Shown: positions 44,985 to 55,433, numbered from the stretch's first letter. The stretch: 64,000 bases of DNA from an uncultured Clostridia bacterium (GCA_934633985.1 CAKTYU010000004.1:11519-75518), one strand, 5' to 3'. Notes: a model not told the origin generated them from the letters alone. Program-made: numbers and translations.

Positions 44985-45788
44985 CTATATCACCGCCTGC
45001 AATGTGGCTATCGCGCCTATCAGCAGCGCCATGGAAAGCGCCGCCGCAAGGTCGCCCTTGGTATATTTAAGCACCGTCATGCGGGTGCGGCCCTCCCCCC
45101 CGTGGTAGCAGCGGCTCTCCATAGCCATCGCCAGCTCGTCCGCCCGCCTGAACGCGGATACGAACAGCGGGACGAGTATTGTCACCATCGCCTTGGCGCG
45201 GTCAATGAGGCTCCCCGTTTCAAAGTCCGCCCCACGGGCGGTCTGGGCCTTGGTTATCTTATCCGCCTCTTCTATCAGGGTCGGTATGAAGCGCAGCGCT
45301 ATGGTCATCATCATGGCGAGCTCATGGGCGGGAAAGCCTACCCTTGCGAAGGGGGAGAGCAGCCGCTCAAGGCCGTCCGTCAGGGCGATGGGGGTGGTGG
45401 TCAGCGTCATAAGCGACGTGCCGGACACCAGCAGCATGAGCCGCAGCGATATGTATGCCGCCTGGCGGAGGCCGCCGGTGGTTATCCTTATTATCCACCA
45501 CTCAAAGAGCGTATCGCCCGTCGCGGTAAACAGCAGGTTTATCGCGAACATGAATATCAGTATGAACCTCAGCGGCTTTAGCGAGCGCCACAGATAGCTC
45601 ACCGGCACGCCGGCTATCGCCGTCACCCCCATGACGTATGCCGCCACGAGGAGGAACAGCCACATATTGCCCACTATGAACACCGCCGCTATATAGGCGA
45701 ACATTAGCAGCAGCTTTGTGCGCGGATCCAGCCTGTGTACGAATGAATTGCCCGGGAAATACTGGCCCAGCGTTATATCCTTAAGCAC
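44985..45788 (-). CDS. ecfT: ECF transporter transmembrane (T) component
   Basis: 267 aa, polytopic, conserved ARG coupling-helix motifs (KAQTARGADFE). Confidence 0.88.
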   Translation of the reverse strand: MLKDITLGQYFPGNSFVHRLDPRTKLLLMFAYIAAVFIVGNMWLFLLVAAYVMGVTAIAGVPVSYLWRSLKPLRFILIFMFAINLLFTATGDTLFEWWIIRITTGGLRQAAYISLRLMLLVSGTSLMTLTTTPIALTDGLERLLSPFARVGFPAHELAMMMTIALRFIPTLIEEADKITKAQTARGADFETGSLIDRAKAMVTILVPLFVSAFRRADELAMAMESRCYHGGEGRTRMTVLKYTKGDLAAALSMALLIGAIATLQAVI

Positions 45789-46629
45789 CTTGCCTCCTTC
45801 CCAGCAGGTACTCGGCCATGCCGTCCATGGTGTATACCTCCGGCACGTCCATTCCCCTGCCCCTCAGGAGCTTCCCCAGCTCGGACGCCGCGGGCAGATC
45901 CAGCCCCATCGCCTCAAGATCCAGCTCTCCGCCGAATATCTCCGCGGGCGTGCCCGTCCTTATCACGCTTCCGCCCTGCATCACCGCTACCCTGTCGCTG
46001 TAAGCGGCTATGTCGTCCATGGAGTGGGACACCATTATCACAGCGCAGCCCGTTTCGCTGCGTATGCCGCTAAGCATATCCAATATGGCCCTTCTTCCCG
46101 CGGGGTCCAGCCCCGCCATGGGCTCGTCCAGTATCAGATACCCCGGCTCCATGGCGATTATTCCGGCGAGGGCGGCCCGGCGCTTTTCGCCGCCCGAAAG
46201 CTCAAAGGGGGACTTTTCTGCAAACCTCGCCCAGTCCAGCCCCACGAGCTCCATGGCCCGCCTTACCCTGCGGTCTATCTCGTCCTGCTCCAGCCTCATG
46301 TTCTTTGGGCCGAAGGCTATATCCTTGGCCACGGTCTCCTCAAAAAGCTGATACTCCGGGTACTGGAAAACCAAGCCCACCCTTTTGCGGCCCTCTATGC
46401 GCTGTTTTTTCTCGGAAAAGTCGTAGCCGTCCACCATGACCGTACCCGACTCCGGGGGCATTATGCCGCCGATATGCTGCAAAAGCGTCGATTTGCCGCT
46501 GCCGGTATGGCCTATTATCCCGAAAAACTCGCCTTTTTCTATATATAATTCTATATCCCTCAGGGCGGCCTTTTCGCCTGCCGTCCCCGGAAGGTATGTA
46601 TGGCAAAGATTCTTTACTTCAATGGGCAT
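45781..46629 (-). CDS. ecfA2: ECF transporter ATPase A2
   Basis: GHTGSGKST Walker A, LSGGEKRR signature. Confidence 0.9.
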   Translation of the reverse strand: MPIEVKNLCHTYLPGTAGEKAALRDIELYIEKGEFFGIIGHTGSGKSTLLQHIGGIMPPESGTVMVDGYDFSEKKQRIEGRKRVGLVFQYPEYQLFEETVAKDIAFGPKNMRLEQDEIDRRVRRAMELVGLDWARFAEKSPFELSGGEKRRAALAGIIAMEPGYLILDEPMAGLDPAGRRAILDMLSGIRSETGCAVIMVSHSMDDIAAYSDRVAVMQGGSVIRTGTPAEIFGGELDLEAMGLDLPAASELGKLLRGRGMDVPEVYTMDGMAEYLLGRRQGA

Positions 46630-47432
46630 ATTGCGTCTGCAAGCTCCTCCGCTGTTATGACGTCCGCCGGTATATCCATACCGCCTTCTATCAGCTTATC
46701 CCGAAGCATGGCTATGGGCGGCAGGTCGAGCCCGTTGGAGCGCAGCTCCTCCCCCCTGCTGAACACCTCTCTCGGCGTGCCCTCGGCTATAAGCCTTCCT
46801 TCGGCCATCACTATCACCCTGTGGGCTGACAGCGCCTCCTCCATGTATTGCGTGATCATCACCACCGTCATTCCCCGCTCCCGGTTCAGGCGGCTTACTA
46901 TATCCAGCACCTCCCGCCGTCCCTGTGGGTCCAGCATCGCCGTGGCCTCGTCCAGCACCAGCACCTCCGGCTCCATGGCGAGCATGCCCGCTATGGCTAT
47001 GCGCTGCTTCTGGCCTCCTGAAAGCATGTGTGGCGCGCTCCTTGCGTACTCCTCCATGCCCACGGCCTTTAGCGCCTCGTTCACGCGGCGGCGTATCTCC
47101 TCCGGCGGCGCCCCGAGGTTCTCCGGCCCGAAGGCCACGTCCTCCTCTACTACGGTGGTGACTATCTGGTTATCCGGGTTCTGGAACACCATGCCGACCT
47201 TTTTGCGTATGTCCAGCGTGCTGTCCTCTGCGGCGGTATCCATGCCGTCCACCGTAACGCGCCCGCCTGTGGGCAGCAGCAGCGCGTTGAGGTGCTTTGC
47301 GAGGGTGCTCTTGCCGCTTCCGTTGCGGCCCACTATCGCCAGCATTTCGCCCTTATTTATTTCGAGCGAGATATCGTCGAGGGCGGTATGCTCCCCGTCG
47401 TATCTGTATATCAAATGGTCAATACTTATCAT
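46614..47432 (-). CDS. ecfA1: ECF transporter ATPase A1
   Basis: GRNGSGKST Walker A, LSGGQKQR signature. Confidence 0.9.
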   Translation of the reverse strand: MISIDHLIYRYDGEHTALDDISLEINKGEMLAIVGRNGSGKSTLAKHLNALLLPTGGRVTVDGMDTAAEDSTLDIRKKVGMVFQNPDNQIVTTVVEEDVAFGPENLGAPPEEIRRRVNEALKAVGMEEYARSAPHMLSGGQKQRIAIAGMLAMEPEVLVLDEATAMLDPQGRREVLDIVSRLNRERGMTVVMITQYMEEALSAHRVIVMAEGRLIAEGTPREVFSRGEELRSNGLDLPPIAMLRDKLIEGGMDIPADVITAEELADAICPLK

Positions 47433-47652
47433 GTCAGCCGCTGTCTTCCTCGGTAATACACTTTAATAACTGATTATACCATACCTAACGCCACTATTCC
47501 ACAGGTTAACGTTTCGATTATTATCTTCGGCAAAAGACAGGCGATTTTCAAAATGTTTCTTAATACTTTCTTTGTTTATTCCAAAATACCTTATTATTCG
47601 GTCCTTTGCCGTGGTATAATCTTAGGGATAAAGCTATACGGAGGTATTTATA

Positions 47653-48090
47653 ATGATAAAGTGTCCCAAATGCGGCAAGGAATACCGCGACGACGCCGTT
47701 TTCTGCACCGACTGCGGCATAAGGCTGCACGAGCGGTATACCGCCCCCAACGCCGGCCCGGAGCAGCGCACCTATACCGCCCCCACCGGCGAGGCATACC
47801 ACAACAGCGCCTACTCTGCCCCCGGCGAGCCCTCCGACGCAAAGGCGCTGGGCATGTGGGATTATTTCTTCATGGAGCTGGTGACCAAAATCCCAATACT
47901 TCGCATAGTCATGTGCTGCGTGTGGGGCTTCTCCGCCGATACCAACGAAAACCGCAGGAACTGGTCCCGGGCCCAGCTTATCTGGATGGCCATCGGCCTC
48001 GTGCTCGGCGTGGTAGGCATTTCTCTGTTCGCCCTTCTTGCGGGCACCACCGCGAGCATCTTCACCAGGATCTCCGACTACATCTTTTAA
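47653..48090 (+). CDS. zinc-ribbon domain membrane protein
   Basis: MIKCPKCGKEY...FCTDCG ribbon, Pro/Tyr-rich linker, two C-terminal TM helices. GGAGG SD; TGgTATAAT extended -10 upstream. Confidence 0.6.
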   Translation: MIKCPKCGKEYRDDAVFCTDCGIRLHERYTAPNAGPEQRTYTAPTGEAYHNSAYSAPGEPSDAKALGMWDYFFMELVTKIPILRIVMCCVWGFSADTNENRRNWSRAQLIWMAIGLVLGVVGISLFALLAGTTASIFTRISDYIF

Positions 48091-48112
48091 GCGGCAGGCC
48101 GCTTTTTGCGCC

Positions 48113-48158
48113 GGAAATAAAAACAGCACTCTGGGTTTTCAGAGTGCTGCTGCTTTTT
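48113..48158. terminator. terminator after rplQ (bidirectional)
   Basis: 10-bp stem CAGCACTCTG (48124-48133) / CAGAGTGCTG (48140-48149), flanked by A- and T-tracts. Confidence 0.75.
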
Positions 48159-48165
48159 TATACGC

Positions 48166-48657
48166 TTAGATGAGCTCGATTATGGCCATCTCGGCGGCGT
48201 CGCCGCGGCGGGGGCCCATCTTGAGGATGCGGGTGTAACCGCCGTTGCGTCCCTCGTACTTGGGGGCGATCTCGTTAAAGAGCTTCTCTACAACGGGATG
48301 GGCATGGCCCTTGGTGCGCGCCTTGTACTCGCTCTTAGACTCCTTCTCGTTCTTGGCGGCGGGAATGTCATAGAGGTAGGACATGATCTGCCTGCGGGCA
48401 TGGAGCTTGCCGGGCAGGTCGTTGGTCTTTTCGACCTTTACGATCTGCTGCTTGTCGTTGCGGGTCTCCTTCTCGACGGTGGTGGTGTTCTTATATTCGC
48501 TTACGGCGAGTGTGATGAGCTTCTCGGCGATGGGACGAACTTCCTTAGCCCGCTTTTCAGTGGTGACGATCTTGCCGTTCCACAGGAGCGCGGTGGTCAG
48601 GTTGCGAAGCATCGCGTCGCGCTGGTCGCTCGCCTTACCCAGTTTACGGTTTGGCAT
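48166..48657 (-). CDS. rplQ: 50S ribosomal protein L17 (long form with internal insertion)
   Basis: Conserved ends (RKLGK...QRDAMLRNL; [25 protein letters not shown]). Last gene of the alpha operon. Confidence 0.93.
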   Translation of the reverse strand: MPNRKLGKASDQRDAMLRNLTTALLWNGKIVTTEKRAKEVRPIAEKLITLAVSEYKNTTTVEKETRNDKQQIVKVEKTNDLPGKLHARRQIMSYLYDIPAAKNEKESKSEYKARTKGHAHPVVEKLFNEIAPKYEGRNGGYTRILKMGPRRGDAAEMAIIELI

Positions 48658-48690
48658 ATTAGTTCCTCCTGATAATGTTCGTTTAAGGGT

Positions 48691-49632
48691 TTAGTCTTCG
48701 CTGTGACGGAGGGAGAGGCCAAGGCCGACCAGCTTCTGCTGTACTTCCTCAAGGGATTTGCGGCCGAGGTTACGCACCTTCATCATTTCTTCCTCGTTGC
48801 GCTGCACTAACTCATCAACCGTGTTGATGCCTGCGCGCTTGAGGCAATTATAGGAACGGACTGAGAGGTCAAGCTCCTCGATCGTCATCTCGAGTATCTT
48901 CTCCTTCTTGTCCTCTTCCTTCTCCACCATTATCTCGACGCCCTGTACGTGCTCGGTCAGGTTGATGAACAGCATGAGATGCTCGGTGAGTATCTTTGCC
49001 GCGAGGCTTACCGCCTCGTCGGGCTTTATGGTGTCATCGGTCCAGACCTCGAGGGTGAGCTTATCATAGTCGGTGATCTGGCCCACGCGGGTGTCCTCTA
49101 CGGTGAAGTTGACCTTGCGGATAGGAGTGAATATGGAATCGACCGCAATCTGGCCTATGGGCATGTCGTCGCGCTTGTTCTTGTCGGCGGAAACATAGCC
49201 ACGGCCGGATTCCACGATTATTTCCATATAGAGCTTAGCGCCCTCGTCCAGCGTTGCAATGTGCAGGTCGGGATTTACGATCTCAACGTCGGAATCGACT
49301 ATCATGTCCCCTGCCTTTACTTCGCAGGCGCCGGAAGCATCGATGATGACCTTCTTTGTGCCATCGCAATGCATCTTCATGCAAAGCTCTTTGAGGTTGA
49401 GGATTATCTCAGTTACGTCTTCTCTTACGCCGTGAACGGTGGAGAACTCATGCAGCACGCCGTCGATCTTAACGGAGGATACCGCAACGCCGGGCAGCGA
49501 GGAAAGCAGCACGCGGCGGAGCGAATTACCCAGGGTTATGCCGAAGCCGCGCTCAAGAGGCTCTACGACAAACCTGCCATAGCTGCCGGTAAGCTCTGCA
49601 CACTCGATCTTTGGCCTTTCTATTTCTATCAT
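48691..49632 (-). CDS. rpoA: DNA-directed RNA polymerase subunit alpha
   Basis: 313 aa. NTD and CTD ([13 protein letters not shown]) recognisable. Confidence 0.97.
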   Translation of the reverse strand: MIEIERPKIECAELTGSYGRFVVEPLERGFGITLGNSLRRVLLSSLPGVAVSSVKIDGVLHEFSTVHGVREDVTEIILNLKELCMKMHCDGTKKVIIDASGACEVKAGDMIVDSDVEIVNPDLHIATLDEGAKLYMEIIVESGRGYVSADKNKRDDMPIGQIAVDSIFTPIRKVNFTVEDTRVGQITDYDKLTLEVWTDDTIKPDEAVSLAAKILTEHLMLFINLTEHVQGVEIMVEKEEDKKEKILEMTIEELDLSVRSYNCLKRAGINTVDELVQRNEEEMMKVRNLGRKSLEEVQQKLVGLGLSLRHSED

Positions 49633-49694
49633 TTACATATCCCCTCTCTTGCTTTGTGGTCAGTCGATTAGGGCAGTAAGCGTTACGATTTCCA

Positions 49695-50324
49695 TTATCT
49701 GGAGTAGAACTCGACGATGAGGTGTTCCTCAACGGTGAGGTCGATATCGTCACGCTGCGGCATAGCAACCACCTTGCCGGTGAGCTTATCTGCATCCAGC
49801 TCAAGCCACTTGGGTATGGGCTTGGAGGCGCCCTGCTCACGGAGCTCCTTCAGGTTTTCCATATCGCGGCTCTTATCGCGCACGGATACGGCCTGACCGG
49901 GCTTCACCAGGTAGCTGGCGATGTCTACTTTCTTGCCGTCAACCAGTATCAGGCCATGATTGACCATCTGGCGGGCCATGGGGCGGCTGTCGGCGAGGCC
50001 GAGACGATAAACCACGTTATCCAGCCTGCGCTCCAAAAGGAAGAGCATGTTGTCGCCGGTTACGCCGCGCATATTGGTAGCCATGTCATAGTATTTCCTG
50101 AACTGGGACTCGGATATACCATAGGCCCTGCGGCACTTCTGCTTCTCGCGGAGCTGAATGCCGTATTCAGACATCTTACGCTGACGGGACTGGCCATGCT
50201 GGCCGGGGATAGTGTGACGCTTTACTACCGCGCACTTGGCGGTATAGCAGCGGTCGCCCTTAAGGAACAGCTTAGCGCCTTCCCTGCGGCACTGCCTGCA
50301 AACAGAATCTGTATATCTTGCCAT
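49695..50324 (-). CDS. rpsD: 30S ribosomal protein S4
   Basis: [16 protein letters not shown]..., S4 domain. Confidence 0.96.
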   Translation of the reverse strand: MARYTDSVCRQCRREGAKLFLKGDRCYTAKCAVVKRHTIPGQHGQSRQRKMSEYGIQLREKQKCRRAYGISESQFRKYYDMATNMRGVTGDNMLFLLERRLDNVVYRLGLADSRPMARQMVNHGLILVDGKKVDIASYLVKPGQAVSVRDKSRDMENLKELREQGASKPIPKWLELDADKLTGKVVAMPQRDDIDLTVEEHLIVEFYSR

Positions 50325-50336
50325 TGTAGTGCCTCC

Positions 50337-50744
50337 TTAAACTCTTCTGCGCTTGGGCGGACGGCATCCGTTATGGGGGATAGGAGTCACGTCCTTGATG
50401 AGGGTAATGTCCAAACCGGCGCTCTGCAGCGCGCGGATAGCGGCTTCACGGCCGGAACCGGGGCCCTTTACAAAGACCTCAACGGTGCGAAGGCCATGCT
50501 CCATAGCGGCCTTTGCTGCGGTCTCGGAGGCCATCTGCGCTGCGAAGGGAGTGCTCTTCCTGCTGCCGCGGAAGCCGAGGCCGCCTGCGGACGCCCAGGA
50601 TATAGCGTTGCCGTTCACGTCGGTGATAGTTACCATAGTGTTGTTGAAGGAGGAACGGATGTGCGCCGCACCGCGCTCAATGTTCTTTTTCTCGCGGCGC
50701 TTGCGGCTTACGGCCTTCTTGACTTTGCCTTTAGTTGCTGCCAT
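50337..50744 (-). CDS. rpsK: 30S ribosomal protein S11
   Basis: Conserved sequence and operon position. Confidence 0.96.
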   Translation of the reverse strand: MAATKGKVKKAVSRKRREKKNIERGAAHIRSSFNNTMVTITDVNGNAISWASAGGLGFRGSRKSTPFAAQMASETAAKAAMEHGLRTVEVFVKGPGSGREAAIRALQSAGLDITLIKDVTPIPHNGCRPPKRRRV

Positions 50745-50759
50745 TGCTTAATTCCCTCC

Positions 50760-51128
50760 TTACTTCTTTCTTCCGCCTACAGCGCGCTTGGGACCCTTGC
50801 GGGTGCGAGCGTTCTGCTTGGTGCTTTGACCGCGAACGGGCAGGCCCTTGCGGTGGCGTACACCGCGATAGCAGCCGATCTCGATGAGGCGCTTGATGTT
50901 CATGGAAGTCTCGCGCCTGAGGTCGCCCTCGACCTTTACGTTGTGGTCGATGTACTCCCTGAGCTTGCTAACGTCATCCTCGGACAGGTCGCGAACGCGA
51001 ATGTCGGGGTCAACGCCGGTGGCTGCGAGGATGTCCGAAGCGGTCTTGCGGCCGATACCGTAAATGTAGGTCAAGCCGATCTCAATTCGCTTGTCTCTTG
51101 GCAGGTCAACGCCAGAAATACGTGCCAT
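50760..51128 (-). CDS. rpsM: 30S ribosomal protein S13
   Basis: [15 protein letters not shown] start at ATG 51128 after GGAGGT. The ORF-track start 51212 is over-extended. Confidence 0.95.
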   Translation of the reverse strand: MARISGVDLPRDKRIEIGLTYIYGIGRKTASDILAATGVDPDIRVRDLSEDDVSKLREYIDHNVKVEGDLRRETSMNIKRLIEIGCYRGVRHRKGLPVRGQSTKQNARTRKGPKRAVGGRKK

Positions 51129-51483
51129 TGATTTACTTACCTCCGTAATAAATTTGGTTTCACAGCTATGGCGAGCTGTGTGCATAAGGCTTTCGCCCTT
51201 GCAGGGGCGCACTCACAGGCGCCCGCCTTGTGGGTTGTCACGGCGCGGGTCAGACGCCGCGTGCAGCCGGCTTGCGCCGCCGCAGGGGAATATTTTTTAG
51301 GATACTCCCGCCCCTCGGCGGACTTAAAGCGTCCGCGTCGGAGATATATAGGTACTTGAGATTCGGAATTCCGCATTCAGCATAAATGCGGCAGCCGCCC
51401 GAAAGACAAGGACTTATCTCATTAAAACGCGCTTAAAGCACGACATTTGCAGCAGCGAACAACGCTACTGCGGCAACTTAAAT

Positions 51484-51513
51484 ATTGTATCAATTATTAT
51501 ATCGTTTTGTCAA
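51484..51513 (-). promoter_or_regulatory. internal promoter upstream of the rpsM leader
   Basis: Minus strand: TTGACA (51513-51508), 18-nt spacer, TACAAT (51489-51484). About 350 nt upstream of the rpsM ATG. Confidence 0.5.
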
Positions 51514-51656
51514 CAGCGCCCGGGCATTTTTTTGCCCGAAACATACCAAAAACTGGCGAATCTTTCGTCAGTTCGGCTTTTACCCCCGCCGCAAGCCGCC
51601 GCATAAGCGTATTGCCTTATACGGCGCCCGGCGGAAATTGTAAGAACGGGTCTCTA

Positions 51657-51770
51657 TTAACCCTGCTTCTGCTTATGCTTGGGGTTCTCGCAGATCACCA
51701 TGATGCGGCCTTTACGCTTGATGATCTTGCACTTTTCACAAATGGGCTTTACGGAAGGCCTTACTTTCAT
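51657..51770 (-). CDS. rpmJ: 50S ribosomal protein L36 (absent from the ORF track)
   Basis: Own translation: [37 protein letters not shown]. Confidence 0.95.
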   Translation of the reverse strand: MKVRPSVKPICEKCKIIKRKGRIMVICENPKHKQKQG

Positions 51771-51785
51771 TGTATCTTCCTCCTG

Positions 51786-52007
51786 TTAGTTCTTGGTGCG
51801 CCACGTTATGCGGCCGCGTGTCAAATCATACGGGGACAGCTCTACTGTCACCTTATCTCCCGGCAGTATGCGAATGAAGTTCATTCTGAGCTTGCCGGAA
51901 ATGTGCGCCAATATTTTGTGGCCGTTTACCAACTCCACCTCGAACATGGCGTTGGGGAAAGAATCGGTAACGACGCCTTCAACTTCGATTACGTCCGTCT
52001 TAGACAA
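51786..52007 (-). CDS. infA: translation initiation factor IF-1
   Basis: 73 aa. [13 protein letters not shown]... Confidence 0.97.
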   Translation of the reverse strand: MSKTDVIEVEGVVTDSFPNAMFEVELVNGHKILAHISGKLRMNFIRILPGDKVTVELSPYDLTRGRITWRTKN

Positions 52008-52008
52008 G

Positions 52009-52296
52009 CTATCCCTCCTTGGATGCGGTTTTGTCCTTATAGCCTAAGCTGCTCAGGCCCTTTCTTATGGCTGCGTCCGCAAGCCTCGCGTCCTCCGGAA
52101 GCGCTTCCGCCTCCAGCCGGCCCTCCTCAAAGCTCAAATGCTTGAGCTTTTTCTTTTTGGGCCGCGACACTTTTCTGGTTTCACCGTCAGCCAGCATCAC
52201 AAATTCGTCGCCCTCCGCAGCTATTACCACGAAGGCGCGGCCCTTATCCCTTCCCGCCTTAGAGGTAACTATGCTTCCGATTATGTCGTTATGCAT
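52009..52296 (-). CDS. KOW-domain RNA-binding protein
   Basis: 95 aa. [21 protein letters not shown] motif. Position between map and infA is typical for Clostridia. Confidence 0.75.
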   Translation of the reverse strand: MHNDIIGSIVTSKAGRDKGRAFVVIAAEGDEFVMLADGETRKVSRPKKKKLKHLSFEEGRLEAEALPEDARLADAAIRKGLSSLGYKDKTASKEG

Positions 52297-53056
52297 GCCG
52301 TTCCTCGCTGAGGGTAAGGATTATGGGATCCCCGTCGGTTATGGCGACGGTGTTCTCGTAATGTGCGCTGGGCTTGCCGTCGGCGGTCACCGCCGTCCAG
52401 CCGTCCGGCATCACCTTTATCTGCCACGTCCCCATGTTTATCATGGGCTCGATAGCTATGGTCATGCCGGGGATAAGACGTATGCCTCTGCCGTACCTTC
52501 CGCCGATGTAATTTGGTACATCGGGGGATTCGTGCATTTCCCGCCCTATTCCGTGCCCTATCATATCCCTTACCACGCCGTAGCCGTTTGCCTCGGCGTG
52601 CTTTTGGATAGCGGCGGATATGTCGGATATGCGGTATCCGACCCTTGCGAACCTGAGCCCTTCAAAGAAGCACTCCTCTGTTACCTTTACCAGCCGTCTT
52701 GTTTCCTCGGGTACGTCGCCTATGAGCAGCGTCCTTGTGGCGTCGCCATGGAAGCCGTCAAGCTTTGCGACCACATCGCAGCTTACGATGTCCCCGTCCT
52801 TGAGCCTGTACTTGCCGGGTATCCCGTGTACTACCTGCTCGTTTACCGAGGTGCATATAGTCTTGGGATATCCGTTGTAGCCGAGGCAGGAGGGGAAGCC
52901 GCCGCGGGAGCGTATAAGCTCCTCAGCAGCCCTGTCCAGCTCTCCGGTGGTCACGCCGGGCTTGGCAATCTCGGCGATGCGCTTAAGCACATCCTCGGTC
53001 AAGCGGCCTGCCGCCTTCATTTTTTCAATATCGGCAGCGTTTTTGATCGTGAGCAT
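52289..53056 (-). CDS. map: type I methionyl aminopeptidase
   Basis: 255 aa. Metal ligands in the DIVSCDV...HGIG...EP contexts. Confidence 0.94.
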   Translation of the reverse strand: MLTIKNAADIEKMKAAGRLTEDVLKRIAEIAKPGVTTGELDRAAEELIRSRGGFPSCLGYNGYPKTICTSVNEQVVHGIPGKYRLKDGDIVSCDVVAKLDGFHGDATRTLLIGDVPEETRRLVKVTEECFFEGLRFARVGYRISDISAAIQKHAEANGYGVVRDMIGHGIGREMHESPDVPNYIGGRYGRGIRLIPGMTIAIEPMINMGTWQIKVMPDGWTAVTADGKPSAHYENTVAITDGDPIILTLSEERHA

Positions 53057-53679
53057 CAGATACTCTCCACAAGTGCCTTTATATCTTCCAGCACTTCTTC
53101 AGGCGTCCTGTTGCCGTCAACGTTTCTCAGCAGTCCCTTGCCGTCATAGAAATCTATGAGGGGCTGGGTCTTGTCGGTGTAAACGCTGATGCGGTTCAAA
53201 ACCGTTTCCGGCTTATCATCATCCCGAATGTACAGGGGGGCGCCGCACTTTTCGCAGGTGTCCCCGGCGTACTTGGATATATGATAGCCCGCTCCGCATC
53301 CGCTGCACATACGGCGCCCGCTTATGCGGTCCACCAGTACCTCAGCGGGCACGTCGATGTTTACTGCCATATCCACGGCCTCTATGCCTTCCAGGGCCTC
53401 GGCCTGTGCTATGGTGCGGGGGAACCCGTCTAAAAGAAAACCATTTTTGCAGTCCGGCTCCTTTACGCGGTTGCTGACCATGGCGATTATTATATCATCG
53501 TTCACAAGTCCGCCCGCTTCCATGACGGCCTTGGCGGCGTTGCCAAGCTCCGTCCCTTCCCGCATCTCCCGGCGAAGCATATCGCCGGTGGAGATGTGGG
53601 CAATGCCGAAGTGCTCGCATATTTTTTCAGCCTGGGTGCCTTTGCCCGCACCCGGAGGACCTAAAAATACAAGCTTCAT
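53056..53679 (-). CDS. adk: adenylate kinase (zinc-lid form)
   Basis: GPPGAGKGTQ P-loop. Lid CSGCG...CEKCG. Confidence 0.96.
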   Translation of the reverse strand: MKLVFLGPPGAGKGTQAEKICEHFGIAHISTGDMLRREMREGTELGNAAKAVMEAGGLVNDDIIIAMVSNRVKEPDCKNGFLLDGFPRTIAQAEALEGIEAVDMAVNIDVPAEVLVDRISGRRMCSGCGAGYHISKYAGDTCEKCGAPLYIRDDDKPETVLNRISVYTDKTQPLIDFYDGKGLLRNVDGNRTPEEVLEDIKALVESI

Positions 53680-53698
53680 AGGACGTATCCTTTTCGTA

Positions 53699-54976
53699 TT
53701 AACCGAGGAATCCCTTGTAATGACGCATGAGCATCATGGACTCGAGCTGCTCCGAGGTCTCCAGCGCAACGCTGACCATTATCAGTATGCTGGTGGGGCC
53801 GAACATGGAGTTAAGGCCGAAGGAGCCCATGAACAGCGCGGGGATTATAGCTATCAGCATAAGGAAGAACGCACCGAACAGGGTGAGGCGGTTGCATATC
53901 TTGGCAAGATATTCGCCTGTGGGCTTGCCCGGGCGGATGCCGGGGATAAAGCCGCCGTTCTGCTGAAGGTTCTTGCTTATCTCGATGGGGTTGAAGGAGA
54001 TAGAGCTGTAGAAGTACGCGAAGGCGACGATGAGCAGCGCGTATATCACATAATATACTATGCCGCCGACAACGGTCTTACCGGGTATCATATAGTTCTG
54101 ATAGAACTGGTAAAAGCCGCTGTTGGGCCAGAACTGGCCGACCATGCCGGGCACCTGCATGAGGGTCATTGCGAATATGAGGGGCATAACGCCGTTCGCA
54201 TTGGCCTTGAGGGGGATGTTGGTGCTCTGGCCGCCGTACATCTTGCGGCCCACGACGCGCTTTGCATACTGCACAGGGATGCGGCGGACCGCACGGTCTA
54301 CCGCCACCACGCCCGCCACCATGATCAGAACGAACACGACCAGCACGGGCAGTATCCACCACTTATAGGTCCCCATTATCACGTTGGATACCATGGACAC
54401 TACTACCTGAGGTACGGAGGATACTATGGAAGCAAAGATTATGAAGGAGATACCGTTGCCGATGCCCTTTTCGGTTATCCTTTCGCCCAGCCATACCAGG
54501 AAGGCGGTGCCTGCCGTGCAGACGATGCCTATGGTAGCATAGGAGAGGAAGCCGGGGTTGATAACGATCTGCGCCTGGTTCTGCAGGCCGGATACAATAC
54601 CGACGCTCTGCACCAGGGCCAGGCCGATGCCGGTATAGCGGGTAATGCGCTCGAGCTTTTCACGTCCGTCCTCCTCCTTCGCCATCTTCTCCAGGGAGGG
54701 GATGGCGATGGTCAGGAGCTGGATGATTATGCTGCCGGTGATGTAAGGCGTGATACCCATGGCAAAGAGGGTAAACTGGCCGAAGTTGCCGCCGGAAAGC
54801 AGGTTGAGGAAGCTCAGTATGCTGTAAGTATCCGCGGCAGCCGCGATCTTGCTCGCATCTACGCCGGGCACGGGAATAAAGGATCCGAAGCGGTATATCA
54901 CTATCAGAAGAAGCGTATACAGCATCTTTGTGCGGATATCCTTTATATTCCAGGCGTTAATGAGGGTCTTAAGCAT
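53699..54976 (-). CDS. secY: preprotein translocase subunit SecY
   Basis: 425 aa, 10 TM helices, conserved sequence and operon position. Confidence 0.96.
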   Translation of the reverse strand: MLKTLINAWNIKDIRTKMLYTLLLIVIYRFGSFIPVPGVDASKIAAAADTYSILSFLNLLSGGNFGQFTLFAMGITPYITGSIIIQLLTIAIPSLEKMAKEEDGREKLERITRYTGIGLALVQSVGIVSGLQNQAQIVINPGFLSYATIGIVCTAGTAFLVWLGERITEKGIGNGISFIIFASIVSSVPQVVVSMVSNVIMGTYKWWILPVLVVFVLIMVAGVVAVDRAVRRIPVQYAKRVVGRKMYGGQSTNIPLKANANGVMPLIFAMTLMQVPGMVGQFWPNSGFYQFYQNYMIPGKTVVGGIVYYVIYALLIVAFAYFYSSISFNPIEISKNLQQNGGFIPGIRPGKPTGEYLAKICNRLTLFGAFFLMLIAIIPALFMGSFGLNSMFGPTSILIMVSVALETSEQLESMMLMRHYKGFLG

Positions 54977-55416
54977 CAGATCACCTCAACAGTTCCGCCC
55001 GCGGCCTCGATGGCTTTCTGGGCTGTCTCCGTAAACTTAGCAGCCTTGACGTCCAAACGCTTGGTCAATTCGCCGCGGCCCAGAACCTTGAGCCCGTCCT
55101 TTTCGATCTTGCTGATTATGCGCTTTTCCTTGAGCAGCTCAGCGGTTACGACAGTGCCGTCCTCGAAGCAGTTGAGAGCTTCTATGTTGACGGTGCTGTA
55201 TTCCTTAGCAAAAATGTTGGTGAAGCCGCGCTTGGGCAGACGGCGTGCGAGGGGCATCTGGCCGCCTTCAAAGCCGTTCTTCTTGCTGCCGCTGCGGGCC
55301 TTCTGGCCCTTGTGACCCTTGGCAGAGGTCTTGCCAAGGCCGGAACCGGTGCCTCTGCCTACGCGCTTAGGGGCGCGGGTAGAGCCTTCTGCGGGTTTCA
55401 AATCGTGAAGATTCAT
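54976..55416 (-). CDS. rplO: 50S ribosomal protein L15
   Basis: [12 protein letters not shown] start. GGAGGTG lies 6 nt upstream of ATG 55416. Confidence 0.94.
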   Translation of the reverse strand: MNLHDLKPAEGSTRAPKRVGRGTGSGLGKTSAKGHKGQKARSGSKKNGFEGGQMPLARRLPKRGFTNIFAKEYSTVNIEALNCFEDGTVVTAELLKEKRIISKIEKDGLKVLGRGELTKRLDVKAAKFTETAQKAIEAAGGTVEVI

Positions 55417-55433
55417 TGTATGCACCTCCGAAA

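Noticed and set aside
51137-51376. 79-aa minus-strand ORF inside the rpmJ-rpsM spacer as a real gene.
   Set aside because: No SD, Arg/Ala/Cys-rich composition typical of a GC-rich non-coding frame, and it overlaps the predicted leader stems.
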